From a virus (Duplodnaviria; Caudoviricetes): a stretch of DNA of 64,000 nucleotides. Below the pieces are notes generated by a model. The model searched no databases and had not been told where the DNA came from. It was given only the letters and a program-made list of their open reading frames with translations. Positions within the stretch are counted from its first letter, which is position 1. Each line of letters starts with the position of its first letter. Position numbers and translations under genes: made by a program. The stretch spans positions 192,001 through 256,000 of the IMG/VR virus record IMGVR_UViG_3300037067_018912, one strand, 5' to 3'. Shown in pieces: positions 21,889-31,731 of this stretch.

Positions 21889-22361
21889 AGTTCAAAAAAT
21901 TAGTGCCGGAAGCGAAAGCACCACTTAAAGTAATTGATATTGACGCCGGGTTCGATTTATTTGCTGCAACAATTAATGAAACATCGGATTTTAATGAATA
22001 TGGAACAGGTATAGCCGTCGAAATACCGGAAGGATATGTAGGATTGGTTTTTCCAAGAAGTTCAATTACTAAATATGATTTGATGTTAAAGAACGGTGTT
22101 GGGGTAATCGATGCATCATACCGGGGAGAAATCAGGTGCAGGTTTCATATTACAAAAGATGATGACAGAAAAATAGAAATTATTAATGACAACACAATTA
22201 ATCAAATAACTAACATTAGAAGTGGATTAAAATTATATAATGTTGGCGACCGTATTGCACAAATTGTATTTCTTGAACTGCCGAAAATAACAATGATTGA
22301 AGTCGACGAACTCTCCGGTACTCAAAGAGGATCGGGGGGATTTGGACATACGGGAAAATAA
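21879..22361 (+). CDS. dut: Trimeric dUTPase
   Basis: AGFDL, PRSS, GVIDASYRGE, RIAQ, RGSGGFGHTG. Confidence 0.95.
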   Translation: MEIKFKKLVPEAKAPLKVIDIDAGFDLFAATINETSDFNEYGTGIAVEIPEGYVGLVFPRSSITKYDLMLKNGVGVIDASYRGEIRCRFHITKDDDRKIEIINDNTINQITNIRSGLKLYNVGDRIAQIVFLELPKITMIEVDELSGTQRGSGGFGHTGK

Positions 22362-22389
22362 TATTAGATCAACATAAAACATTGAATTA

Positions 22390-23454
22390 ATGAAACAATA
22401 TCTTGACTTATTGCAGAATATCCTTGACAACGGTGTTGAGAAAGAAAGTGGAAGGGCGAATATGCCCAACACGATTGGAATTTCTCATGGAGTGGTTCAA
22501 ATGAACTTACAGGACGGTTTTCCCTTGCTTACCACAAAAAAAATGTATTGGAAAGGTATCGTACATGAACTTCTTTGGTTTTTGCGAGGGGACACCAACA
22601 TTAAATATCTTGTCGATAATGACGTAAACATTTGGAATGGCGATGCATACAGATGGTATTTGAAATACGCTGAATTGAACGGTGGTGAAACGCAGAATGG
22701 TATTCTTCATGATAATGAAGATGGTACTTACCGTGTTTTTTCGTCCGACGAATTCATTCAGGAGATTAAGGATGATAACGAAGGTACTTACTTATCGTAC
22801 AAGATGGGTGACCTCGGCAAAGTATACGGCCACCAATGGCGCAATCAAAACGGTGTTGATCAGATCAAAGAATTAATCGACGGGTTGAAGACCAACCCTT
22901 ATAGCCGTTATCACATCATTGACGGTTGGAACAAGGCCGATTTTAAAGATATGGCGTTACCACCGTGTCACCTGCTTTATCAATTCATCGTAAGGCCGTT
23001 GAGTGAGAAGGAAAGAATCAAATTGTTGGAAATTGATGATACGATTATAAATAGCGATCAAGAATTTTCCATTGAAAAAATGCTTGATATTGCAGGCATA
23101 CCAAAATTTTATCTCGATCTCAATATGTATCAACGCAGTTGTGATACATTCCTCGGAGTTCCGTTTAATGTTGCCTCGATGTCAATATTACTCATGATAT
23201 TGGCAAAAGTGGCAAACATGATTCCCGGTGTGGCAACGTGGATTGGGGGAGATACTCACCTATACCTCGATCATATACCGATGGTTAAAGAACAATTGAA
23301 AAGGACACCTCACGATTTGCCGGAATTAATTATTAATGCAGAATTGAACACTCTTGACGACATTCTTAACCTTCGGATCGAGGATTTCAAACTCTCCAAG
23401 TATGCATACCACCCAACAATAAAAGCGGAATTATTCACCGGAGTAAAAAAATAA
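22390..23454 (+). CDS. thyA: Thymidylate synthase
   Basis: FPLLTTKK, ELLWFL, YGHQWR, ALPPCH, YQRSCDTFLGVPFN. Confidence 0.96.
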   Translation: MKQYLDLLQNILDNGVEKESGRANMPNTIGISHGVVQMNLQDGFPLLTTKKMYWKGIVHELLWFLRGDTNIKYLVDNDVNIWNGDAYRWYLKYAELNGGETQNGILHDNEDGTYRVFSSDEFIQEIKDDNEGTYLSYKMGDLGKVYGHQWRNQNGVDQIKELIDGLKTNPYSRYHIIDGWNKADFKDMALPPCHLLYQFIVRPLSEKERIKLLEIDDTIINSDQEFSIEKMLDIAGIPKFYLDLNMYQRSCDTFLGVPFNVASMSILLMILAKVANMIPGVATWIGGDTHLYLDHIPMVKEQLKRTPHDLPELIINAELNTLDDILNLRIEDFKLSKYAYHPTIKAELFTGVKK

Positions 23455-23458
23455 TAGC

Positions 23459-23662
23459 ATGAATGAACACATCAAAAATGTCTGCAAAATAGGTCAACGC
23501 AAAGACTGCTGCAGGTACTTGGCCGTCGGTCCGGATGGGTTTGAATGTCTTAAACACTCAGACCTTAAAGATCATTTGGATCAAAGGGTGGCAAACAATA
23601 CAATGACTGCCCAAGGTGATAATTGTGATGGTAAGAGTCAAAAAGAATTGAATTTGGGATAG
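23459..23662 (+). CDS. Small Cys-rich protein
   Basis: CKIGQ...CCRYL...FECLK. Confidence 0.55.
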   Translation: MNEHIKNVCKIGQRKDCCRYLAVGPDGFECLKHSDLKDHLDQRVANNTMTAQGDNCDGKSQKELNLG

Positions 23663-23665
23663 TGA

Positions 23666-23899
23666 ATGTTGGCATTATACATAACAATTGTGCTGTTGAC
23701 GGTGGTAGTTTTACTACTTGCAACAGCATTGTATTATTTTTCAAGGAAGAGCATTTACTTCTCAGACAAGGAGAAGGAATTCACCACCTTTGTCATCGAT
23801 ATATTTGAACAATACGGTGATGATTTGGGTATTCAATCCAAAGAGGATCATAAGAAACTCTCCGAAGAATTAGAGAAGATAAAGAAGAAACTGAAATGA
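23666..23899 (+). CDS. Small membrane protein
   Basis: N-terminal hydrophobic helix. Confidence 0.55.
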   Translation: MLALYITIVLLTVVVLLLATALYYFSRKSIYFSDKEKEFTTFVIDIFEQYGDDLGIQSKEDHKKLSEELEKIKKKLK

Positions 23900-24591
23900 T
23901 CAAAGAAGAAAAAGATTACGAAGCAGTTAACGAATATTTTGAAAAATATTCACCAAAAGAATATGAAACCGTGCGGGTATTGAATTTAATGATGAAAAGA
24001 TATTATCCTAATTTTGTTTCAGCGGGCGTTTCTTTTCGTGGACAACCACCCGAAAATCGTTTTGATAGGTTTGATTGTAAATTAATTTGGATAAACGAAA
24101 AAAATGAAGAAATCCTTCTTGCACTTGGTGAATTGGAATATGGCGCAGATCAGATGAGATTCGATGAAGATTGGAAAAATTGGAATAATGCCTTTCCGGT
24201 TAATCATTGGTATTGTGTGTCACTATTAAGCAGAAAAAAATATGATGAAAATTTTGTTTTTTTTCTAAAAGTCTCACCATCGTTTAAAAGCGCATTTGTT
24301 GTCGATACAAGAAATGATTTTGTATCAAAAAACATGGACAAAGAATATGAAATGCCTCGTGATAGCACAAACGATAGATTTCCCACAAATAAAATGCGAA
24401 AACATTTTAATTGGGAAACTGTACGCAAGAATCAAATGATTTTTAAACGTGTGACAAACAAAAACGGAAATATTGATATAACCATTGAAAAAGACGGTAA
24501 TTTTTGTTTAATGGAATATGAATATTGGTATGAAATTATTGCATTCTTTGCATATAAATATTTTCCCGACGAATTAAAAAAAATATTATAA
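23896..24591 (+). CDS. Hypothetical protein, possibly restriction-endonuclease-like fold
   Basis: AT-rich ORF; FD...ELE spacing reminiscent of PD-(D/E)xK nucleases. Confidence 0.4.
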   Translation: MIKEEKDYEAVNEYFEKYSPKEYETVRVLNLMMKRYYPNFVSAGVSFRGQPPENRFDRFDCKLIWINEKNEEILLALGELEYGADQMRFDEDWKNWNNAFPVNHWYCVSLLSRKKYDENFVFFLKVSPSFKSAFVVDTRNDFVSKNMDKEYEMPRDSTNDRFPTNKMRKHFNWETVRKNQMIFKRVTNKNGNIDITIEKDGNFCLMEYEYWYEIIAFFAYKYFPDELKKIL

Positions 24592-24592
24592 C

Positions 24593-24931
24593 ATGACTTG
24601 GGGCACTGATTTCAAAACAGACATCTTTATATCGAGACAGTCTTTCGAATCGAAAGGCGATATTGATATGAAACTCGAAGAACTCGACAAAACCATTGAA
24701 GACATTAAGGCACAAATCAAAATGTATTCATCGGCAACGCCGAAGGACATCATGCCGGAGGATTGGAAAGAAGAACCAATAAATTGGTTGAGCACCAGAT
24801 TGGACGAGTTGTTTGAAAATTATGAAGAGAAAGTGATTGAAATGTTTAAAATCTCCATGTATTTGGACTATGTCTTGGAGAATAACATCGACTTATCAAA
24901 GAAGATTACTGCAGGCGACCTCCCGTTTTAA
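24593..24931 (+). CDS. Hypothetical protein
   Basis: Coupled ORF. Confidence 0.55.
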   Translation: MTWGTDFKTDIFISRQSFESKGDIDMKLEELDKTIEDIKAQIKMYSSATPKDIMPEDWKEEPINWLSTRLDELFENYEEKVIEMFKISMYLDYVLENNIDLSKKITAGDLPF

Positions 24932-25959
24932 CCAATTTTTCCTTTCTTTTCGTAAACTGCTCTCACGTAATCAACATCAATTACATTGGCTTTCAGCATT
25001 ATTGCAAGTTCTTCTGGAGTGTACATGGTTTCATAAACACACATACCCCTGTCGTCCAGTTCATTCATATACATAGTCCATCTTCCGCCACCCATTGCTT
25101 TATAGCCGTAAACTTGTTCTTTGGTGGGTTTATCCTTATATCTGAAAAGGATTTGCATCGCATAATTATGTTTCGGACACATCAATCTGCCGATCCAAAG
25201 AAGTACATCCTTCCATATACTTTCTTTTAGACAAGTCAATTGCCACGCAAATATGTGAAGCGCATATGCTGGAAACGGATTGCGTTTTCGAGCCATTTCA
25301 ACATTAAATGGAGTTGGTTGAACGACAACTCCCGTCCATTCATCTTGTGAAACCTCTTCATGTATGCCGTAAACATAAAAAACAAATGTTTGTACGATAT
25401 GGGTTAAGAACATAACAAAAATTTCTGTAATATAAAACAATGGCTTTGCCCACCATATGTTTGCGACTGCTCTTGCCCAAAGCCACATGTTTGGAGTAAA
25501 CTGATGACGATCCGAAATCTTCCAAGGAATGTGTGTGACAAATTCTTTCAATTGTTCATCAGTATATCCGGCGTGTTTGTATGCAATTATCGTATAAGCC
25601 GTATGGTCACGGGACATATTGCGATCGTAATGTGTGGGATAACGATAACCTTGATAGTAATAATCATTCCTCGGTGTAAACCGTTTGAACCAATGTGTAA
25701 ATTCTTGAAATTTTCGTACCAACCACCATTTTGAGATTTTTCTTCTTGGAGGTGGTCCGGGATTTTTAACCCAACAAGCCTGTATGCCTTCTATAAATCT
25801 ATAGTCGTCGTACATGTAGTAAGATTCGAAACTCCTTTCAACCGCATCACCCTTTCCATTATCACCATAAGGATTCCAAGGTGCGTTGTGACCGATCATC
25901 ATTTTGTTTTCACGGTCTACATAATGTTTGGTATCTGTGGTATTCCAATCAAGTGGCAT
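24928..25959 (-). CDS. Hypothetical Trp/Tyr-rich protein
   Basis: 343-aa ORF at the end of the neck-gene operon. Confidence 0.6.
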   Translation of the reverse strand: MPLDWNTTDTKHYVDRENKMMIGHNAPWNPYGDNGKGDAVERSFESYYMYDDYRFIEGIQACWVKNPGPPPRRKISKWWLVRKFQEFTHWFKRFTPRNDYYYQGYRYPTHYDRNMSRDHTAYTIIAYKHAGYTDEQLKEFVTHIPWKISDRHQFTPNMWLWARAVANIWWAKPLFYITEIFVMFLTHIVQTFVFYVYGIHEEVSQDEWTGVVVQPTPFNVEMARKRNPFPAYALHIFAWQLTCLKESIWKDVLLWIGRLMCPKHNYAMQILFRYKDKPTKEQVYGYKAMGGGRWTMYMNELDDRGMCVYETMYTPEELAIMLKANVIDVDYVRAVYEKKGKIG

Positions 25960-25962
25960 ATA

Positions 25963-26520
25963 TTAACTCCCTTTAGTTTCACTTAAAAACGGTACGACAT
26001 CTTCTTTTACCGGGACTCCTGTGACCTTTTTCCAATAAGTTTTGAAACCACCAATGGTCTTCTTGGTTTCATCAGTAACGTTGTTGGCATTTTCGACCTC
26101 ATAGAACCTACTTTTCTGTCCACTCATGTTGTACTCGATGATATCTCCACGATCGACCTCAACACCCTTTTCCTCCAATTCCTTGAGATAAATCCCAAAG
26201 GTGATATTCCCGGTGTCGTCACGAACGATACCTCCTGGATTGCCTCCGTAGTTCTCCTGCTTGCCATCTTCGACGGTAACCATAACCTTGAGCCTGACTG
26301 GAGACATGAATTTCTTATCCTTAGTCTTCGTTTGACCATATAATTTATGCGCCGACCCGGCGGTTTCCAATATATTAATCTTGTGCAGGGTGATCTCCTG
26401 TGCATTGTCGGTTTCAAGATAGTTCCTACCGTACATCACATCAAGATCAAAGGAGTTGTTTGTCATAAACAAACCCATCCTATTCTCCTCAAGATCAATT
26501 ATTTGTTTCTTTTTCTTCAT
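25963..26520 (-). CDS. Neck/head-closure protein (gp14-like)
   Basis: KLYGQ, LEEKGVEVDRGDII...FYEV; lies downstream of the adaptor gene. Confidence 0.55.
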   Translation of the reverse strand: MKKKKQIIDLEENRMGLFMTNNSFDLDVMYGRNYLETDNAQEITLHKINILETAGSAHKLYGQTKTKDKKFMSPVRLKVMVTVEDGKQENYGGNPGGIVRDDTGNITFGIYLKELEEKGVEVDRGDIIEYNMSGQKSRFYEVENANNVTDETKKTIGGFKTYWKKVTGVPVKEDVVPFLSETKGS

Positions 26521-26529
26521 GAAATGTTC

Positions 26530-26844
26530 TTATCTTTTTAAAATCACATCTTTGGAATCATATGCCATAGAATCCAATCCTTCTTCCGCTTTTGGTGTTG
26601 CACCGTCTTTTAAATAAACTTCCATAATTTCAGGTGTATCATTTTCGTCTTCCGCAATCATTTCAGCATATTCCAACGCTTCTGAATAATCATCTGTGAT
26701 GTTTACATTATGTTGTGGATAAAAACCAACCTTTCTTATATTATCTGCTCTACTTTTCGTAGTTCCATGAAAATACGTCTTATTAAAATTTGGATTAACT
26801 TTCTCCATCATTTCAAAAAGCCGTTGTCTATTACTTTTCTTCAT
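26530..26844 (-). CDS. Leader-bearing putative head protein with ADP-ribosyltransferase-like domain
   Basis: MKKSNRQRLFEMMEKVN leader, then YFHGTT...NIRKVGF...ITDDYSEALEYA. Confidence 0.55.
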   Translation of the reverse strand: MKKSNRQRLFEMMEKVNPNFNKTYFHGTTKSRADNIRKVGFYPQHNVNITDDYSEALEYAEMIAEDENDTPEIMEVYLKDGATPKAEEGLDSMAYDSKDVILKR

Positions 26845-27152
26845 TAATAACTCGAATTTTTTGCTCGATTATATACATCAAGCATTTCCATATACGATAA
26901 ATCCATTAATTCATCATGAAATTCTTCAAAAAATTCTTTTTGCTGTTTCGATGAAAATTCATCTTGTTCAAGCGAATCCATCGTATCATCTGATTGATTA
27001 AATTCATAACTAAACCAATCAATCATTTCCTTTGTCGGTAATTCAGTACCTTTGTAACTAAACGACAGATTTGATTCGTTCAATTTTGGTGTAAACGAAT
27101 TATCAATTTTTTGCATGACTTCGAAAAGCCGTTGTCTATTATCTTTTTTCAT
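26844..27152 (-). CDS. Leader-bearing putative head protein, acidic
   Basis: MKKDNRQRLFEVMQKID...KLNE leader. Confidence 0.6.
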   Translation of the reverse strand: MKKDNRQRLFEVMQKIDNSFTPKLNESNLSFSYKGTELPTKEMIDWFSYEFNQSDDTMDSLEQDEFSSKQQKEFFEEFHDELMDLSYMEMLDVYNRAKNSSY

Positions 27153-27153
27153 C

Positions 27154-28278
27154 TTAAATCGCTATTATTGGGAACATTGGGGGTTGATATCCACGTTCTC
27201 TATTGACGTTCTCTGCAATATCTGCACGTATTTTCGTCATGTTCTCTTGACTCAAATACATTAATTGATCGAGAATGATCTTCTCGGTGTCTTCCTTTAA
27301 TTTTGTCCCTTCATCGAGCAGGTGACGATAGTCCATTGTCAACTGTTTCTCAGTGACACCCAATTCCCCGGTGTAGAAGCCACGGATTCCACCGATGACC
27401 ATCTTCACCTTTGCAATAAGTAAGTTACGGATTTGTTGATGTGAGGAATCATTCATATTGTCCCATTTGAGGACTTTCAACGGGGCATCCGATGGTAATC
27501 TTACCACATCGTCATTTTCTTCAAGGCATTTATCTCTGTCTTTATTCGTGTTCATGGTGTCATAATACCAATACCACACTTTTCTGCCCGCATAATGTTT
27601 ACCCCAAACACCTTGTATCTCATCCCGGCTTCCAGGAACGGGGTATAAATGTAATATTTTTTCACCACTTGCCAACCCGGTGATGCGATATGTGAGTATA
27701 GACTGTAAAACTCTCTGTTTCATCCTTCTATCCTGTGCCGTCAAAAGGGTTGAATATGTCGGTTGCACATACATGGCGGGACGACCAAGATATGACCATC
27801 CGACCATACCGGGCGACCATGCATTCAATGCGAATGGGTCAACCAAACCACCGTCGATTTCAGGTGGGGTCTCCCACAAAACCTCATTAACTTCCCTGCC
27901 TGCAGGAATGATGTAATGCTGCGTATTGGCGGAAGTGACTATAAAATCACGTTTAAGTTCCCATCCGGGTGCAGCAGGAGCGTTCGTGCCCAAACCGACT
28001 TGTCGGGAATATGCGTATGTAAAAGCCTCCATATAATGGTTCGATTTGACAGTGAAAGCGGATAGAAAGTCGCTGTTTTCCTTGCTCAATCCCTCTATAC
28101 TGATCCACTGTTGTTGAATCAGCCAATTGTTGACAATCGAGGAATAATCCTCAATAACCATTTCAAAATAGGAATCCAACATCTCGTCCTTCAATTCGAA
28201 TGGTCTCAATGGAAACCCCAATTCATGTTTGACATGAAGGTACAGTTTATTTTTGTCAACTGTTGATATTAAGGCCAT
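27154..28278 (-). CDS. Neck/head-tail adaptor (gp13-like)
   Basis: ELGFPLRPFEL, LHLYPVP, K...G.IRG, LLDEG; late motif at 28300-28307. Confidence 0.65.
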   Translation of the reverse strand: MALISTVDKNKLYLHVKHELGFPLRPFELKDEMLDSYFEMVIEDYSSIVNNWLIQQQWISIEGLSKENSDFLSAFTVKSNHYMEAFTYAYSRQVGLGTNAPAAPGWELKRDFIVTSANTQHYIIPAGREVNEVLWETPPEIDGGLVDPFALNAWSPGMVGWSYLGRPAMYVQPTYSTLLTAQDRRMKQRVLQSILTYRITGLASGEKILHLYPVPGSRDEIQGVWGKHYAGRKVWYWYYDTMNTNKDRDKCLEENDDVVRLPSDAPLKVLKWDNMNDSSHQQIRNLLIAKVKMVIGGIRGFYTGELGVTEKQLTMDYRHLLDEGTKLKEDTEKIILDQLMYLSQENMTKIRADIAENVNRERGYQPPMFPIIAI

Positions 28279-28328
28279 AATTACGTATATTTGTTTACAA
28301 TAAATACTTTGAATAAAGTAAAATAACT

Positions 28329-28475
28329 ATGGGATTAGATGTGGATTATGTTGCTGCATGCCAAGCAATCGAAAAATTGGAAAGGTTACTTTCCAATCAA
28401 CCGCATGGCAAGAGAGAAAAAATAGCGGACGATATTATAGATTTTGTGAAAAAAATGAAACAAAAATATGCATAA
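28329..28475 (+). CDS. Small hypothetical protein (48 aa, not in ORF track)
   Basis: MGLDVDYVAACQAIEKLERLL...KYA*, downstream of the TATATTTG promoter at 28286-28293. Confidence 0.5.
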   Translation: MGLDVDYVAACQAIEKLERLLSNQPHGKREKIADDIIDFVKKMKQKYA

Positions 28476-28935
28476 GATTGAATACGACATCAAATTGAAT
28501 GAATCGGGGCGACCTTGCATCGAACTGCCTGTCGATTACGAAAACAATGCCGAAGACAGATTCTTTGCAATTGAAATTGCAAGATATATTTTGCAAGACG
28601 TGTTCGCCCGCAGAAAAAGCGAAATTAGCGAATCAACGTGGGTGAAAATAGAAGAGAGCATTGCCGTGCTCGGCCAAATTGGTGATGAAATTGCTGGAAT
28701 TCTTTGGAACAACATGATGCATATGGGTGAAACGATGTTCCTTTTCGACAAAAGGTATCATATTATGGTAAAAACTGTTGAAGAAAGGGACAAACTACCC
28801 GCATTCATTATATATGATGACAAAATCTACACGAAAAAAAAGGATTTGAAAGTCCTTGTCGCCGACGAAGAGAAGGTTTATAAAATAATTGATGCCTCAG
28901 ATGAGGAAGCAATCATTTGGGAGGAAGTGAAATGA
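28468..28935 (+). CDS. Hypothetical protein
   Basis: ORF in operon. Confidence 0.6.
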   Translation: MHKIEYDIKLNESGRPCIELPVDYENNAEDRFFAIEIARYILQDVFARRKSEISESTWVKIEESIAVLGQIGDEIAGILWNNMMHMGETMFLFDKRYHIMVKTVEERDKLPAFIIYDDKIYTKKKDLKVLVADEEKVYKIIDASDEEAIIWEEVK

Positions 28936-29177
28936 TAAACAACGTTGAACTCTCAATAAATCTCCAAATGAGAGGATTATCAGATCAAGATTATTCCAAA
29001 ATAACCAACATTTTTTATAAAAAAATGCTGTCTAAAAATGGAAGTATCGATTTTAAAGATATTGAGGAATTGTTTTCAATCTCCAAGAGAAGATATGTTG
29101 TTATGACAATTGAACAGCCTGAAATGAATCATGTTGAACCAATTTTCAGAGAAATAAAAATTAGTGTCAACGGTTGA
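28932..29177 (+). CDS. Hypothetical protein
   Basis: ATGA overlap with the upstream gene. Confidence 0.5.
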   Translation: MINNVELSINLQMRGLSDQDYSKITNIFYKKMLSKNGSIDFKDIEELFSISKRRYVVMTIEQPEMNHVEPIFREIKISVNG

Positions 29178-30664
29178 ATATGATTCACAAACCTACACCT
29201 GAACAAGAAAGAGTCTTTCTTTTTACGGTAAAAAGACCGGAGAACATTTTAATTAAAGCCTATGCGGGTTGTGGGAAGACTACGACCATTGTAGAAGCAG
29301 TGAAACTGCTCCCCAAGGACAAATCAATCATGTACTTGGCATTCAACAAGCATATCCAAGAAGAGTCAAAGGCTAAACTTCCAGAATACGTTCGATGTTA
29401 TACAACATATGGTCTTGGAAATGCTGCAATCAAAAGGAAATATGGAGAGAAAATTCAATTCGACGAATTCAAGGTCGACAAGATCATACAAACCAAGGCA
29501 AAAACATGGGATTTGGAATCTGAATTCGATGGTGACGAGGAAATATCGTTTTACTTGACCCAAATCAAGAAACTTGTCAACATGTGCAGGCTTACCTTGA
29601 CTGTGAAACCCGAATTTATTCCATACATTGCCGACAAATATGATATAAACTGCAAGAAACCATTAGATATCAAGCGTGTCCTCAAGGTTTTGGACACAGC
29701 AACCAATGATAGGAAGTCCTACGATTACACCGATATGATTTACTTGCCAGCAATCGACAACAGCATTTGGATGTTCCCGCAAGACTACGTTTTCATCGAT
29801 GAAATACAGGATTTGAATCGCTGTCAAATCAGAATCGTTGAAAAAATCCTAAAAAAAGACAAATCGAGTGGAAAATATACCGGGAGGCTTATTTCGGTGG
29901 GCGATTTCTTCCAAGGAGTGTACGGCTTCAATGCTGCGGATGAGAAGTCCTTCGAATGGTTCGAAAAATTTCCCAAAACAAAGGTTCTTCCTTTATCAGT
30001 TTCATTCCGGTGCTCAAAAAATGTAATAAAAAAAGCACAAGAGATCGTTCCCGATATCCAAGCACTTGAAAATGCTCCTGATGGTGTTGTTCGAGATGGC
30101 GATGTGCTTACGGAAGCGCAAAGTGGAGATTTTGTGCTTTGCAGAACGACCATGCCGCTTGTGAAATTGTTTTTTGAATTCCTTGTACAAAACAAAAAGG
30201 CGATCATTAAAGGAAGTGACATCGGACTCCAACTCATCGACCTGATTGGTAAGATAATCACCCTCGACAAATTAAAAACATTCTGGAATGGTGAATTAAC
30301 GAAATTCAGAAAGGACTTGAAATCCGATGGGGTGCTCAATCCATATGAACATAGTGGATACACGGCACTTGCCGATAAAGTAAGTGCATTGTTGTTCCTT
30401 GCGAACCTCGCAGACGATATTCCGGGACTTAAAGCCTCAATAAAAACAATATTCACAGATGAAATCAAAGGTATTTGTTTGAGTACTGTTCATAAGATCA
30501 AGGGACTGGAGGCAGATAGGGTATTTATAATTCGTCCCGATCTATTGCCAATGCAGAATGTGAAACCGTGGCAATACGTGCAGGAAAAAAATCTTGAATA
30601 TGTCGCTATCACAAGAGCGAGACTTGAATTAATATACGACAGGGTTTGGAAAGACGAAGAATAA
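29174..30664 (+). CDS. UvrD/Rep-family SF1 helicase
   Basis: AYAGCGKTT, LAFNK, IDEIQD, VGDFFQGVYGF, SFRC, STVHKIKGLE, YVAITRA. Confidence 0.92.
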   Translation: MNMIHKPTPEQERVFLFTVKRPENILIKAYAGCGKTTTIVEAVKLLPKDKSIMYLAFNKHIQEESKAKLPEYVRCYTTYGLGNAAIKRKYGEKIQFDEFKVDKIIQTKAKTWDLESEFDGDEEISFYLTQIKKLVNMCRLTLTVKPEFIPYIADKYDINCKKPLDIKRVLKVLDTATNDRKSYDYTDMIYLPAIDNSIWMFPQDYVFIDEIQDLNRCQIRIVEKILKKDKSSGKYTGRLISVGDFFQGVYGFNAADEKSFEWFEKFPKTKVLPLSVSFRCSKNVIKKAQEIVPDIQALENAPDGVVRDGDVLTEAQSGDFVLCRTTMPLVKLFFEFLVQNKKAIIKGSDIGLQLIDLIGKIITLDKLKTFWNGELTKFRKDLKSDGVLNPYEHSGYTALADKVSALLFLANLADDIPGLKASIKTIFTDEIKGICLSTVHKIKGLEADRVFIIRPDLLPMQNVKPWQYVQEKNLEYVAITRARLELIYDRVWKDEE

Positions 30665-30773
30665 ACAAGGATTTTGAACTAATGAACGTCGCCGAAAGGC
30701 AGTCATTGGGAATTCCCGTTGAAAGACCTGATTACCGTTCCAAAAAAGGAACACGTGTAAGGAGAATTTTAAA

Positions 30774-31082
30774 ATGGCGAAAAAAGTGGAAAAAAAGAAG
30801 GTTGTTCGAAAAACTGTTGAACAGTTAGAACAGGAGTTGAAAGAACTGAAGGAGTCCAACAAGAGGTCGTGGGACATGTATGGTAGCGAACTTTGTGTCG
30901 AGAGCCTGTTGGAAGGAGAAAGGAAACTTGAAAAAGAAATTGAGAAGGCGAAGACCATTAAGAAATGGAGTAAATTGGGATTGCTTGAGGGTCTTGATGG
31001 TAATATCGATCAAAAATTAGCCAAATTGTTTGAATCAGAATTAAAAACAATAATAAAACCCGAAGGAAATGAATGCACTTGA
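30774..31082 (+). CDS. Small protein with a copy of the major capsid N-terminal segment
   Basis: KKWSKLGLLEGLDGNIDQKLAKLFE versus MCP RWQKIGLLEGLEGNVKENCAQLFE. Confidence 0.65.
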   Translation: MAKKVEKKKVVRKTVEQLEQELKELKESNKRSWDMYGSELCVESLLEGERKLEKEIEKAKTIKKWSKLGLLEGLDGNIDQKLAKLFESELKTIIKPEGNECT

Positions 31083-31311
31083 ACTCTTAAAGGAGATAAA
31101 AAGTAAAATCCCGGCTAAAACGACATCATGTGCGATGTACGATTTCGTCCTGATGGAGCGGAAAGTTGCCTTTGCTGTATTTCAGGAAGGTAAATCGGGA
31201 TATTACAAAAAATTCACCGTGACTGTTGAGGAATTTGACGAACCGGAAGAAGGTGAAATGATAACAAAAGGAATTATCGATTTGTATAACGAAATTTTCA
31301 CTGAAAACTAA
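31069..31311 (+). CDS. Hypothetical protein
   Basis: Coupled ORF. Confidence 0.55.
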   Translation: MNALELLKEIKSKIPAKTTSCAMYDFVLMERKVAFAVFQEGKSGYYKKFTVTVEEFDEPEEGEMITKGIIDLYNEIFTEN

Positions 31312-31322
31312 TATCTGACAAT

Positions 31323-31679
31323 ATGAATTGGAAACTTAAAATCGAAAAGAAACCAAACCAAAGGATCGTGGTTAAATTCGAACCACTGACCGAAGAATTG
31401 CTTTTCACCGGGGAGTACAAACCACACAATAGGGAATGGGTAATATTTTACCAAATTTGGAGAAGTTGTTGGAATACAATAAGTCCTCCAAATTTACCTG
31501 ATGCTACTATTATAAATGCTGACGGACAAGTTGAAAGAAAACTCATTACCGCCGAGGAAATTGGAGAAGAAATTCTTAAAACCTATAACGAATTACAAAA
31601 AAAAGTAGATTTGTATGAAAACCTTACAGAAGGGTTTTCGGCTATGAAGACAATCGACGAAGTCGAAATTACAGAATAA
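31323..31679 (+). CDS. Hypothetical protein
   Basis: ORF ending at a terminator. Confidence 0.55.
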   Translation: MNWKLKIEKKPNQRIVVKFEPLTEELLFTGEYKPHNREWVIFYQIWRSCWNTISPPNLPDATIINADGQVERKLITAEEIGEEILKTYNELQKKVDLYENLTEGFSAMKTIDEVEITE

Positions 31680-31709
31680 AAAAAGGGGGTTATAAAACCC
31701 CCTTTTTTT
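31678..31709. terminator. Bidirectional intrinsic terminator
   Basis: AAAAAAGGGGGTT-ATAA-AACCCCCTTTTTT between convergent genes. Confidence 0.85.
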
Positions 31710-31731
31710 ATTACCTATTATTGGTTATCGC

